This document shows, piece after piece, positions 49,441 to 59,230 of a stretch of DNA of 64,000 nucleotides; within the stretch, counting starts at the first letter, position 1, and each line of letters begins with the position of its first letter. This DNA comes from Spirochaetia bacterium. Its GTDB lineage: Bacteria > Spirochaetota > Spirochaetia > SZUA-6 > Bin103. The notes under the pieces were generated by a model that saw nothing but the letters and a program-made list of their open reading frames with translations, made no database searches and was not told the DNA's origin. The position numbers and the translations under genes are program-made. Location: positions 928,001-992,000 of the forward strand of contig CBDATQ010000002.1 in NCBI GenBank assembly GCA_965199955.1. The letters run 5' to 3'.

Positions 49441-50336
49441 GACGTCAGGGTTCTCTCGAAGTGGTCCAGGAAGCGCCGTGCGTCCACGGCCACGCACACC
49501 TCGGCGTTGGGCTCGGCGTCACCGCCTCGTGCCGGCACTATCGCGCCATTGAGGCGCTCGGACCTCGTCTCCACCTCGATCCGCATGGGCCGAGTCTCAC
49601 AGAAGGTGGGATCGAACACCATGGCGACGGCGAGCGGGTCGTGCAGCAGGGGCCGGGGCTCCGGATCGTCACCACCCCAGAGATGGATCAGCTCGAAGCA
49701 CAGCCGGTTGATCGGTCGGTCCACCGCGCCGATGGCGCGCACCTGGTCGCAGCTCATGCGGCAGCGCTCGGTCACGTCCAGGCCAACCATCGTGATCGGC
49801 ACGCCGGTCCCGAACACGATGCGCGCCGCCTCCGGGTCGCACAGCGCGTTCCACTCCGGTTGGGCGCGGTGCGTGCACCCGCCCATGAGGCAGATCCTGG
49901 CCTTGTCGGCCATGCCCGGTTCCAGCGCGAAGGCGCACGCGATGTTCGTCAGCGGTCCGATCGGCACCAGGGTGACGTCGCCGTCGCCGCTCATGACCGT
50001 GTCGACGATGAAGTCGACGGCGCGCCGGGCGGCGGGCCGGGTCGATGCCGGATAGCGCTCGATCGCCCGCATCTGGCGCGGCCGATGCGCGGCGATCGCC
50101 TCCCGGCTCTCGCCGACCGGGTCGAGCAGGGGCTTGCCAAGGCCCGCGTAGACCGCGATGTCGCCGCGTCCCAGCGCCTCCAGCACGCAGCAGGCAAGCT
50201 CGGCCCGGCGGGCCGTGTCGCGGAACACGGTGGTGACGCCGAGCACCTCGATCTTCCCGCACATGAGCGCATACGCCAGCGCCAGCGCGTCGTCGATGTC
50301 GTCCCCGATGTCGGTGTCCAGGATGATCTTGTGCAC
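49437..50336 (-). CDS. Nucleoside hydrolase (IU-NH family)
   Basis: ILDTDIGDDIDDA, IGPLTN, EWNALCDPEAA and LHDPLAV. Confidence 0.92.
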   Translation of the reverse strand: MHKIILDTDIGDDIDDALALAYALMCGKIEVLGVTTVFRDTARRAELACCVLEALGRGDIAVYAGLGKPLLDPVGESREAIAAHRPRQMRAIERYPASTRPAARRAVDFIVDTVMSGDGDVTLVPIGPLTNIACAFALEPGMADKARICLMGGCTHRAQPEWNALCDPEAARIVFGTGVPITMVGLDVTERCRMSCDQVRAIGAVDRPINRLCFELIHLWGGDDPEPRPLLHDPLAVAMVFDPTFCETRPMRIEVETRSERLNGAIVPARGGDAEPNAEVCVAVDARRFLDHFERTLTS

Positions 50337-50394
50337 TGCGAGCAGGTACATTAGGCGCATCCATGGGTGAACCGGAAGTGGTGGGCTGCGTGCG

Positions 50395-51447
50395 ATGAGC
50401 GCCGGCAGGCCGTTCCAGACCACCGTCATCGGCTCCATGCCCAGGCCGGCGTGGCTGGTGGGCGAAGCGCCGCTGGGAGACGCCGCGCCGCGCCTGCACG
50501 GCAGCGGTGCCGGCTGGCGCCTGACCGGCCGGCCCCTGCGCGACGCGCAGGACGACGCGGTGCGGCTGGCGGTCCACGACCAAATCCGCGCCGGCATCGA
50601 TGTCATCAGCGACGGCGAGCAGCGCCGCTCCTCGTACCTCACCTACGTGACCGCCCGCTTGGCCGGCTTCGACTACACGACCTTGGCGCGCAAGTGGACC
50701 CGCAACCGCCGGCGGCTGGCCGAGGTGGGGCGGTGCGTGGGGCCGGTCCGCCGCACCGCGCCGATCCTGGCCGACGACCTGCGGTTCCTGCTGGCGGAGT
50801 CGGACCGGCCCGTGAAGGTCACGCTACCCGGTCCGATGACCGTGGTCGATTCGACCCTGGACGAGCACTACGGGGACGAGGAGGCGATGGCGATGGCGGT
50901 GGCCGCGGCGCTCGACCAGGAGGCGCGCGAGCTGGACAGGATGGGCGCGGCGGTCATCCAGTTCGATGAGCCGGTGTTCAGCCGCTACCCGGAGAAGGTG
51001 CGCACGTGGGGAATCGAGGCGCTGGACCGCGCCGCCGCCGGCATCCGCCACGCCGCCAGCGCCGTTCACGTCTGCTACAGCTACCCCATGCCCGGCGTGC
51101 CGCGTCCGATCGTCGACAGCTATCCGGCGATCCTGGCCGAACTGGAGCGCAGCCGCGTCGCGCAGGTCGCCCTGGAGTTCGCCGCCGCCGGGCTCGACCC
51201 GGAGTTGCTGCGCCGCTGCCCGTCCAAGACGGTGCTGTACGGCTGCATCAGCAACGGCACGGATGAGGTCGAGAGCCCGGAGGAGGTGGCCGCGCGGTTG
51301 CTGGCCGCGGCCGCCCACCTGCCGGCCGGGCAGATCCAGGCGGCCCCGGACTGCGGGCTGGTGCCGCTGTCGCCACCGGTCGCCCGCGCCAAGCTGCGCG
51401 CGCTCGCGGCCGGCGCCGCACTGGCCCGCGAGCGGCTCAGGCGTTGA
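50395..51447 (+). CDS. Cobalamin-independent methionine synthase II (core MetE-like) family
   Basis: TVIGSMPRP, ISDGEQRR, QFDEP, HVCY and APDCGL. Confidence 0.88.
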   Translation: MSAGRPFQTTVIGSMPRPAWLVGEAPLGDAAPRLHGSGAGWRLTGRPLRDAQDDAVRLAVHDQIRAGIDVISDGEQRRSSYLTYVTARLAGFDYTTLARKWTRNRRRLAEVGRCVGPVRRTAPILADDLRFLLAESDRPVKVTLPGPMTVVDSTLDEHYGDEEAMAMAVAAALDQEARELDRMGAAVIQFDEPVFSRYPEKVRTWGIEALDRAAAGIRHAASAVHVCYSYPMPGVPRPIVDSYPAILAELERSRVAQVALEFAAAGLDPELLRRCPSKTVLYGCISNGTDEVESPEEVAARLLAAAAHLPAGQIQAAPDCGLVPLSPPVARAKLRALAAGAALARERLRR

Positions 51448-51592
51448 TCTCGGCGTCCTTGGGGCCGAGCAGCTCGGGCGACGACACGATCCGTGGACTT
51501 CACGGTCACCTTCGTGCCGACGGCCAGCGGGCGGCCTCGTTTGACCCCGGGCTCGGGAGCGGAGTCATATGCATGCGCGAGGAGCGTGCCAG

Positions 51593-52759
51593 ATGAAGAT
51601 CAGCGACGTTCAGGTGATTCCCTTCACTGTCCCGCGGCGGGGATTCCACAACGGGGAGTTGCGGCCGGAGACCAACACGGTCCAGACCGTCACCAGGGTG
51701 ATCACCGATCAGGGAGCCGAGGGCTGCTACTTCGGCGGCGCCGGCCACGGCGACCAGGCCGGCCTGGATGCGGCCGACCGCGCGGTCCTCACCGGCCGCA
51801 TACGCGACCTGGTGGTGGGCGAGGATCCGTTCGACCGCGAGCGCTTCTGGCGCTGGATGTGGGTCGCCAACATCCCCGAGCACCTGCTCAGCGTGCTGGA
51901 CAACGCGCTCTGGGACCTGCAGGGCCGGGCGCTCGAGGTGCCGGTCTGCAAGCTGGCCGGCGGCTGCCGGGACCGTGTCCCGGCCTACGCCAGCACCTAC
52001 CCGAACGTGGGGCCGCCCGAGGTGTATGCCGCGCACGCCCTGGCGTGCAAGCGGCAGGGGTACCGCCACTACAAGATCCATCCCTACTACTTCTGGGACC
52101 CGGAGACCGGGCGGGCCGATCCGGGGCGGCCGTCGCACGTCGAGCACGACGTGGCCTGCTGCCGGGCGGTGCGCGACGCGGTGGGGCCGGACATGGAGCT
52201 CAGCTTCGACGTGTGGGGTACCTACCGGACGTACGAGGATGCGATCTGGGTCGGGCGGCGGTTGCAGGAGCTGGATTTCGTCTGGTACGAGCACCCGATG
52301 AACGAGTACCAGGTGGCCGCCTACGAGAAACTGTCGGCAGAGCTCGAGATCCCGATCCTGGCGCCGGAGATCGCCGCAGGCAGCCTGTACACGCGGGCCG
52401 AGTGGATCCGGCGCGGCGCGTCGGACATGAGCCGCATCGACGTGTTGCGCGGCGGTGTGACCGGCTGCCTGAAGACGGCGGCGCTGTGCGAGGCGTTCGG
52501 CGTGCGCCTGGAGATCCACATGGCCGGCTTCGGCAATCTGCAGGTGCTCGGCGCCACCAGCGAGGACACGTGCCGCTACTACGAGCGCGGCCTGCTGGCG
52601 CCGGGGGTCGACTATGAGACCCCGGAGCCCTACCTGGAGGAGCTCTGCGACCCGCTCGACCCGGACGGCTGCGTGCGCGTGCCGCAGCATCCGGGCCTTG
52701 GCTACCGGATCGACTGGGGCTACATCTCCGAGCACCGCGTCGACGGCGAGCCGGCGTGA
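51593..52759 (+). CDS. Mandelate racemase/enolase family protein
   Basis: DNALWDL, YKIH, WYEHP and APE. Confidence 0.9.
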   Translation: MKISDVQVIPFTVPRRGFHNGELRPETNTVQTVTRVITDQGAEGCYFGGAGHGDQAGLDAADRAVLTGRIRDLVVGEDPFDRERFWRWMWVANIPEHLLSVLDNALWDLQGRALEVPVCKLAGGCRDRVPAYASTYPNVGPPEVYAAHALACKRQGYRHYKIHPYYFWDPETGRADPGRPSHVEHDVACCRAVRDAVGPDMELSFDVWGTYRTYEDAIWVGRRLQELDFVWYEHPMNEYQVAAYEKLSAELEIPILAPEIAAGSLYTRAEWIRRGASDMSRIDVLRGGVTGCLKTAALCEAFGVRLEIHMAGFGNLQVLGATSEDTCRYYERGLLAPGVDYETPEPYLEELCDPLDPDGCVRVPQHPGLGYRIDWGYISEHRVDGEPA

Positions 52760-53775
52760 GCGAACCGGCGCCGGGCGACGGTCCGGCGCTGCCCGTTGGG
52801 AAGCTCGATCCGGAGGTGCTGGCGCCGTTGCTTCCCGTCGGCGCCGGCCCGCAGTCAGGCGTCCTGATCGGCCCGGAGGTGGGCGAGGACGCGGCGGTGG
52901 TGACCGGCGCCGAGCGGCTGGTGCTGACCAGCGATCCCATCACCCTGGCCGGCACCGAGGTGGGCCGTTACGCCGTGGCCGTGAACTGCAACGACCTGGT
53001 GGCGATGGGGGCCGAGCCGTGGTATTTCACCACCACCATCCTGCTGCCACCGGGGACCGATCGCGCCGCCCTGGAGGCGCTGTTCGCGGAGTTGGCGTCC
53101 GCTGCCGCTGGAGCCGGCATCGCCTGGGTGGGCGGACACACCGAGGTGACCGCCGCCGTGGCCGGCCCGGTGGTGGCCGGCGCCGCGGTCGGGGCGCTGG
53201 CGGGCGAGCCATGGTCGAGCGCGGGCGCGCGTGCTGGCGATGCCCTGGTCCTGACCAAGTGGGTGGCGTTGGAGGGCAGCACCCTCCTGGCCCGCGAGCG
53301 GCCCGACGCGCGCGCCATCCTCGGCGCCGGGTACGCGGCGGTGGCAGGTTGGCTCGACCGCCCGGGGATCAGCGTGGTGGCAGAGGGACGGGTCCTGCGC
53401 GGGTTCGCCATTCATGCCGCCCACGACCCCACCGAAGGGGGCGTGGCGCAAGGGATCCACGAGCTGGCGCGTTGCTCGGGGGTGGCCATCGAGATCGAGG
53501 CCGCAAGGCTTCCCGTGAAGCCGGCCACCCGGGCGCTGTGCGAGGCGCTCGGTATCGACCCCCTCGGCCTGCTGGCGTCGGGGGCGCTGCTGTTTACCGC
53601 CACCCCCGAGGTTGCGCGCGGCGCCACGCAGGCGTTGCGCGAGGCCGGCATCCCGGCGACGGTGATCGGCGCCGTGCATCAGGGTCACGAGGTCATCCTT
53701 CGCACTGGCGACCGCCGCGTTCCCCTGCCATCCTTCCCGCAGGATGAGATCTCACGGCTGGACGGACCGACATGA
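52756..53775 (+). CDS. AIR-synthase-related (HypE/ThiL-like) protein
   Basis: GEDAAV, SDPIT, NDLVAMGAEP, GGHTE and HDPTEGG. Confidence 0.85.
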   Translation: MSEPAPGDGPALPVGKLDPEVLAPLLPVGAGPQSGVLIGPEVGEDAAVVTGAERLVLTSDPITLAGTEVGRYAVAVNCNDLVAMGAEPWYFTTTILLPPGTDRAALEALFAELASAAAGAGIAWVGGHTEVTAAVAGPVVAGAAVGALAGEPWSSAGARAGDALVLTKWVALEGSTLLARERPDARAILGAGYAAVAGWLDRPGISVVAEGRVLRGFAIHAAHDPTEGGVAQGIHELARCSGVAIEIEAARLPVKPATRALCEALGIDPLGLLASGALLFTATPEVARGATQALREAGIPATVIGAVHQGHEVILRTGDRRVPLPSFPQDEISRLDGPT

Positions 53776-54662
53776 GTGAGCCGATGCGCGGCATCTTCCC
53801 GGTCGTGCTGACGCCGTACGCCGAGGACGGCTCGATCGACATGGCGACGCTGGCGCGGGAGGTGGACTTCAGCGTGGAGGCCGGCACGCACGGGCTGGTC
53901 TTTCCCGTGCTGGGCAGCGAGTTCCAGTACCTGGCGGACGCCGAGCGGCGCGCCGCGGTGGAGGTGGTGGTGCGGCAGGCCGGCGGCCGCGTGCCGGTGG
54001 TGGCGGGCGTCGCTGCCCCGGATCCGCGTGCCGCGGCCGAACACGCCGCACACGCGGCCGGCTGCGGCACGGATGCCGTGATCGCGCTGCCGCCGTATCC
54101 CGGGCAGCCCGGCCGGGACGAGCTGCACTCGTACTACCGCGCGATCGCGGAGGCGGCCGGCCAGCCGGTGTTCATACAGCATACCCACGCCGGCATGGAC
54201 GCCGCGTTCATCGAGCGGTTGCTCCGCGACATCCCGAACGTCGAGTACGTCAAGGAGGAGAGCGATCCGAGCGCGCACCAGATCAGCGCGCTCGTCGCAC
54301 GCTGCGGCGCCGTGAGCAGCGGCGTGTTCGGCGGCGCGCACGGCCGCTGGATGCTTTCGGAGCTGCGCCGCGGGGCGACCGGTTTCATGCCAGCCACGGA
54401 GCTGACCGACGTGCACGTGCAGATCTGGGATGCCTGGCAGGCCGGCAACCGGGAGCGGGCGCGCGAGGTCTTCAACCGGCTGCTGCCGCTGATCAACCTG
54501 CTCGGCCTCCTCGGCCTGCCCGCCTGCAAGGAGGTGCTGGTGCGCCGGGGCGTGTTCGGCTCCACCGCGACGCGGGTGCCGGGCAGCCCTCAGCTCGACG
54601 ACGAGGACCATCGCGAGCTCGACGCGGTCCTGGCCAACCTGCAACCGCTCCTGCGCGTGTAG
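53772..54662 (+). CDS. DHDPS-family aldolase/lyase
   Basis: GIFPVVLTPY, SEF, GRVPVVAGV, LPPY and YVKEE. Confidence 0.88.
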   Translation: MSEPMRGIFPVVLTPYAEDGSIDMATLAREVDFSVEAGTHGLVFPVLGSEFQYLADAERRAAVEVVVRQAGGRVPVVAGVAAPDPRAAAEHAAHAAGCGTDAVIALPPYPGQPGRDELHSYYRAIAEAAGQPVFIQHTHAGMDAAFIERLLRDIPNVEYVKEESDPSAHQISALVARCGAVSSGVFGGAHGRWMLSELRRGATGFMPATELTDVHVQIWDAWQAGNRERAREVFNRLLPLINLLGLLGLPACKEVLVRRGVFGSTATRVPGSPQLDDEDHRELDAVLANLQPLLRV

Positions 54663-54701
54663 TACCCCATCAAACTGATGTCGACGGGTGACGGTAGGTC
54701 G

Positions 54702-54930
54702 CTACAGCCAGGCGGGCGGGTCGCTGGCGGCGCGGTCGATCGCGAAGAGCAGATCGGACTCGCTGTCGCGCAACTGCTCGTCTACGAAGGTAGTGTCCTG
54801 GAGGGTTAGGCGGGACCACTGCAGTTCGACGGCAAGAGGCTCGGGCAGGTAGGCGCGCAGGAGGCCGGCCGCCTCCGTGGGAGCGCCGAACACGGCGCGG
54901 AACAGCTTGTCGTGCGGCCGGCGCGTTTCG
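54702..54930 (-). pseudogene. Rpn/YhgA-like (recombination-promoting nuclease) N-terminal relic
   Basis: PHDKLFRAVF...LRAYLP...TFVDEQLRDSESDLLF...WL*, stopping before the EHQS motif. Confidence 0.8.
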
Positions 54931-55021
54931 TGGGCTATCGACAGGGTAAGCGCACGATCCGGTGCTGACGCTTCGCCCCGGGCCGGCGGCGGGACGACGC
55001 GGGTCGTGGTATCGTGCCGGC

Positions 55022-55936
55022 GTGGTCGAGGTTCGCCAGCAGCCGGGCTCCTATCGGTACACCTACTCGGCCGATCACGAGGTGGTCGCCCGCGTGCAGC
55101 CGGGCCAGCAGGTGCGCATCCACTGCGTGGACTGCTTCGAGAACCGCCTGATCGACGAGTCCCAGCACTACGCCGAGGTGTGCGAGTACCCCTACCTGAA
55201 TCCGCAGACCGGACCTGTGTACGTCGAGGGGGTGGAGGAGGGCGACACCCTGCTGGTGCACATCGACGACATCGAGATCACCCGCGACTGGGCGATGACC
55301 GGGCTGGTGCCGCGCTTCGGCCTGCTTACCGGCACGACGGCGACCGCCATGCTCACCGACGCCCTGCCGGAAGTGGTGCGCAAGGTGCCGATCCGCGACG
55401 GCCGCGTCTGGTTCGGGAAGCTCAGCCGTCCGCTGTCGCCGTTCATGGGCACCATCGGCACCGCCCCGAAGCTGGAGGCGATCAACGCGCTCACCCCGGC
55501 GAGCTACGGGGGCAACATGGACTGCCCGGAGACCTGCGCGGGCAACACCCTGCACCTGCCGGTGCGCAACGACGGCGGCTTGCTCTTCTGCGGCGACGGG
55601 CACGCCACCCAGGGCCACGGCGAGATCGGCGGCGTCGCCTGCGAGGTGCCGGTCAACCTGGTCTGCCGGTTCGAGGTCATCAAGGGGCAGGCGATCGACT
55701 GGCCGCGCGTCACCAACGACACGCACCTGATGGTGATCGGCAGCGCCCGCCCGCTGGAGGACGCCACGCGCATCGCCACCACCGAGCTGGTCAGGTGGGT
55801 GGCCGCCGACTACGGCATGGACCCCACCGACGCCCTGATCTGGATAACGCAGGTGCTGGAGCTGCGGGTCGGCAACGTGTGCGACCCCAACTACTCGGTG
55901 GTTGCCGCGGTTCCGCGCGAAGCGCTCACGGCCTAA
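55022..55936 (+). CDS. Acetamidase/formamidase family protein
   Basis: NPQTGPVYVEG, PFMGTIGTAP, GGNMD and GDGHATQGHGE. Confidence 0.9.
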   Translation: MVEVRQQPGSYRYTYSADHEVVARVQPGQQVRIHCVDCFENRLIDESQHYAEVCEYPYLNPQTGPVYVEGVEEGDTLLVHIDDIEITRDWAMTGLVPRFGLLTGTTATAMLTDALPEVVRKVPIRDGRVWFGKLSRPLSPFMGTIGTAPKLEAINALTPASYGGNMDCPETCAGNTLHLPVRNDGGLLFCGDGHATQGHGEIGGVACEVPVNLVCRFEVIKGQAIDWPRVTNDTHLMVIGSARPLEDATRIATTELVRWVAADYGMDPTDALIWITQVLELRVGNVCDPNYSVVAAVPREALTA

Positions 55937-55945
55937 GCTGGCCCC

Positions 55946-56740
55946 ATGGCCGGACGTATCCAGGACAAGGTCGCGATCGTCACGGGGGCCGGCTCGGTCG
56001 GCCCCGGCATCGGCAACGGCCGCGCCACGGCGCTGGTGTTCGCCCGCGAAGGGGCGCGCGTGCTGCTGGTCGACCGCGACCCGGGTCCTGCCGAGGAGAC
56101 CCGGCGGATGATCGCCGAGGCCGGCGGCGAGTCGTCCACCTTCCAGGCCGACGTGAGCGACGCCGCGGCCTGCCACGCGATCGCCGGCGCGTGCGTCGAG
56201 CGTTATGGCCGCATCGACATCCTGCACAACAACGTCGGCATCGAGATCGCCGGCGGCCTGGCCGAGACGACCGAGGAGGCGTGGGACACCACCCTGGCGG
56301 TCAACCTGAAGAGCATGTTCCTGATGGCCAAGGTGGTCGTGCCGCACATGGAGCGGCAGGGTTCGGGCGCGATCGTCAACATCTCCTCGATCAACGCGAT
56401 CCGGACGCTGCCGGCGCTGTCGCTGCCGTACGCGGTGTCCAAGGCGGGCGTAATCGCCTTCACCCGCGACGTCGCGGTCGAGTACGCGGCCAAAGGAATC
56501 CGCGTGAACGCGGTGCTGCCCGGCATGATGGCCACGCCGTTCGTGGTGGCGGCGCTCACCGACGCGTACGGCGGCGACGTGGAGGCGATGATGGAGCGGC
56601 GCGACAGCCTGTGCCCGACCGGCAAGCAGGGCGGGGGGTGGGACGTGGCGCACCTGTCGCTGTTCCTGGCCTCCGACGAGGCGAGGTACGTGACCGGCGA
56701 GTCGGTGGTCGTCGACGGCGCCCAGACCTGCCGCATCTGA
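55946..56740 (+). CDS. SDR-family oxidoreductase
   Basis: TGAGSVGPGIGNG, NNVGI and YAVSK. Confidence 0.92.
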   Translation: MAGRIQDKVAIVTGAGSVGPGIGNGRATALVFAREGARVLLVDRDPGPAEETRRMIAEAGGESSTFQADVSDAAACHAIAGACVERYGRIDILHNNVGIEIAGGLAETTEEAWDTTLAVNLKSMFLMAKVVVPHMERQGSGAIVNISSINAIRTLPALSLPYAVSKAGVIAFTRDVAVEYAAKGIRVNAVLPGMMATPFVVAALTDAYGGDVEAMMERRDSLCPTGKQGGGWDVAHLSLFLASDEARYVTGESVVVDGAQTCRI

Positions 56741-56742
56741 TC

Positions 56743-57649
56743 GTGCCCGGCACGTACCAGGACGGCATCGCGTTCATCGAGGGCTGCTACCGGTCCATCG
56801 GCGAGGCGCGGATCCCGATCCTGGACCTGGGCTTCCTGCGTTCGGACGCGAACCAGGACACCGTGTCGGTGTGGGGCGGATCGTTCTTCCGGCTCGACGA
56901 CCACCAGGAGCGGTTCGAGCGCAACATCGCGCGGCTGCGCATGCAATGTCCCTACGACCGGCAGCAGCGCAACGAGATCCTGGCCGAGTGCGTGCGCCGT
57001 ACGGGCTTCCGCAAGGCCTACGTGCAGATGGTGATGACGCGCGGACGGCTGCCGGCCGGCAGCCGTGATATCCGCGGGTGTGCGAACCAGTTCCATGCGT
57101 TCTGCCTGCCGTACGTCTGGCTGGCGCCCGAGGAGCAGCGCCGCCGCGGACTGCGCGCCCACATCAGCGACATCCAGCGGGTGCCGCCGCAGACGATCGA
57201 ATCGACGGTCAAGCACTACCACTGGCTGGACTTCGAGCTGGGTCTGATGCAGGCGTACGACGCTGGCGCGGAGACGGTGATCGTCGTGGACGGCAACGGC
57301 GATGTCGCCGAGGGGCCGGGGTTCAACGTGTTCATCGTGGAACAGGGCCGGCTGGCGACGCCGGCCGCGGGCGTCCTGGACGGGATCACCCGCCGCACCG
57401 TGCTGGAGTTGTGCGCGGAGATGGGCATCGCGTGCGCGACTGAGCCGATCCCGCCGGCCCGCGTCCATGCCGCGGATGAGGTGTTCGTGACATCGACGGC
57501 CGGCGGCCTGATAGCCGTGACCACGGTCGATGGACGGCCGGTCGGCGCGGGCACGCCGGGGCCTGTCACCACCCGGCTCACGGACGCCTACTGGTCACGG
57601 CGCCAGGCCGGCTGGCATGGCGACACTCATCGATTACGGCGACGGCTGA
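56743..57649 (+). CDS. Class IV aminotransferase, (R)-amine-transaminase-like; native stop out of frame
   Basis: IPILDLGFLRSD, FFRLDDH, VKHYHWLD, EGPGFNVF, GVLDGITR and TSTAGG. Confidence 0.85.
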
Positions 57650-59211
57650 TGGCGAAGCTGAAGGACGTCAACACCACCGATATCGCCGGCGCCGTCCGCC
57701 TGGGCTGCCGGACGATGTGCCGCCTGTTCAACGCGGACGACGGCGACATCCCGTTCTTCGACATCCTGGCCCTGCCCGACGCCCGGATGAGCTTCAGTTG
57801 CCACCACTCGGAGGCACAGGTCCCGGGCCGGTTTCTCAACGCCCTGCTGAGTGCCGAGGACACCCTCGGCATCCGCATCGACGAGCAGCGGATCGACACG
57901 CTCACCCGCGCCGCGTTCTTCGCCTGTCAGGGAGCCGTGCCCCTGCCCCTGAACCGGCAGCGGATCGGCGGGCCGCTGGTCAACTTCCTGCCGACCCAGA
58001 TTCGCGAAGGGTTCCACGCGCTGTACGCCCTGGTCAGGTTCCGCGACTCCCGCCGCGCGCGCGAGCTGGCCGAGGTCTCCATCGACGCGATCTTCCGCAC
58101 GTGGGACCCGGCGGACGGATGGGACTATGCGCGCCTGCAGGACGAGCACGGGCTGTCGATCGTCAAGCCGTCGAGCTTCCTGAACGGACTCGGCCGAACC
58201 ATCGGCCCGCTGGTGAAGTACTTCCGGGCCACCGGGTACGGTCCGGCGCTGGACCTTGCCATCGTCCTGAAGGACAAGGCCGTCGCGGAGTTCTTCCCGG
58301 AGAACGGCGAGTACCTGGCCGCTCACGGCCTGCACGGGCACTCGACCACCTGCACGATGTCGTCGCTGGCGCAGTTGGCCGACCTGACCGGCGACGCGCC
58401 CCTGCTGGCGCGCGTGAAGGCGTTCTACGACAACGGCCTGCGGCACATCCGGGACCAGGTCGGCTGGTCGATCGAGACCACCAATCCGGGCAGGAACTAC
58501 GGAAGGGGCGAGGCCAACAACACCGGCGACATCGTCGAGACGGCCCTGATCCTGGGCCGGTGGGGCCACCTCGACTACTACCATGACGCGGAGCGCATCC
58601 TGCGCTGCCACTTGCTGCCCAGCCAGTTGCGCGACGTCTCGTTCATCCGCGAGCCGGCGAATCCGGAGGGCTCCGACGGCAAACGCGACGTCGCCCGCAG
58701 GATCGCCGGATCGTTCGGACTACCGGCGCCCTACGGGCACCACCCGGTCGGTGTCGCCGAGGTCAAGTTCAACTCCGACATCGTGGGCGGCGTGGTCGGC
58801 TCGCTCTGCGAGGTCTACCGCGAGGCGACCCGTCACGACACGGCCGGGCACCGGGTGAATCTCCTGTTCGATCACGAGACGTCCGAGATCAGGGTCCGAT
58901 CGCCCTACACGCATCCGGCGCTGAGCGTCGAGCTGAAGCGCCCCGGACCGCTGTTCGTGCGCCTCCCTCCCTGGGTCAGCCCGGAGGCGATCGAGGTTTC
59001 CGGCTCGGACCGGCCGCGCCACACCGGCGGCTGGCTGTTCTTCGCGGCGCCGGCGACAGACCGGGCGATCCGTATCGCGTATCCTCTCACGGAACAGGAG
59101 ATGACGATGCGGAACCCGGCCGGGGACATACGCGTGCGTCTTCGCGGAGATGCGGTCACGGCGATGGACGACTTCGGTGCCGACGTGACCTTCTTCGATC
59201 CGATCGAATGA
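57649..59211 (+). CDS. Hypothetical protein, possibly GH127-like alpha/alpha toroid
   Basis: HGHSTTC, GEANNTGDIVE, AERILRCHLLPSQ and VRLPPW; ATG overlaps an upstream TGA. Confidence 0.65.
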   Translation: MAKLKDVNTTDIAGAVRLGCRTMCRLFNADDGDIPFFDILALPDARMSFSCHHSEAQVPGRFLNALLSAEDTLGIRIDEQRIDTLTRAAFFACQGAVPLPLNRQRIGGPLVNFLPTQIREGFHALYALVRFRDSRRARELAEVSIDAIFRTWDPADGWDYARLQDEHGLSIVKPSSFLNGLGRTIGPLVKYFRATGYGPALDLAIVLKDKAVAEFFPENGEYLAAHGLHGHSTTCTMSSLAQLADLTGDAPLLARVKAFYDNGLRHIRDQVGWSIETTNPGRNYGRGEANNTGDIVETALILGRWGHLDYYHDAERILRCHLLPSQLRDVSFIREPANPEGSDGKRDVARRIAGSFGLPAPYGHHPVGVAEVKFNSDIVGGVVGSLCEVYREATRHDTAGHRVNLLFDHETSEIRVRSPYTHPALSVELKRPGPLFVRLPPWVSPEAIEVSGSDRPRHTGGWLFFAAPATDRAIRIAYPLTEQEMTMRNPAGDIRVRLRGDAVTAMDDFGADVTFFDPIE

Positions 59212-59230
59212 CGAGCAGGAGGATGCGACC

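Noticed and set aside
50337..50394. Cobalamin/SAM riboswitch before the MetE-like gene
   Set aside because: The 58-bp divergent spacer is too short and lacks the motifs.
56630..56642. G-run as a phase-variation tract in the SDR
   Set aside because: The run is short and the frame is intact.
54877..59211. 1444-aa ORF as one giant protein
   Set aside because: The first ~620 aa are an off-frame shadow over the amidase and SDR genes; only 56743 onward is real coding sequence.
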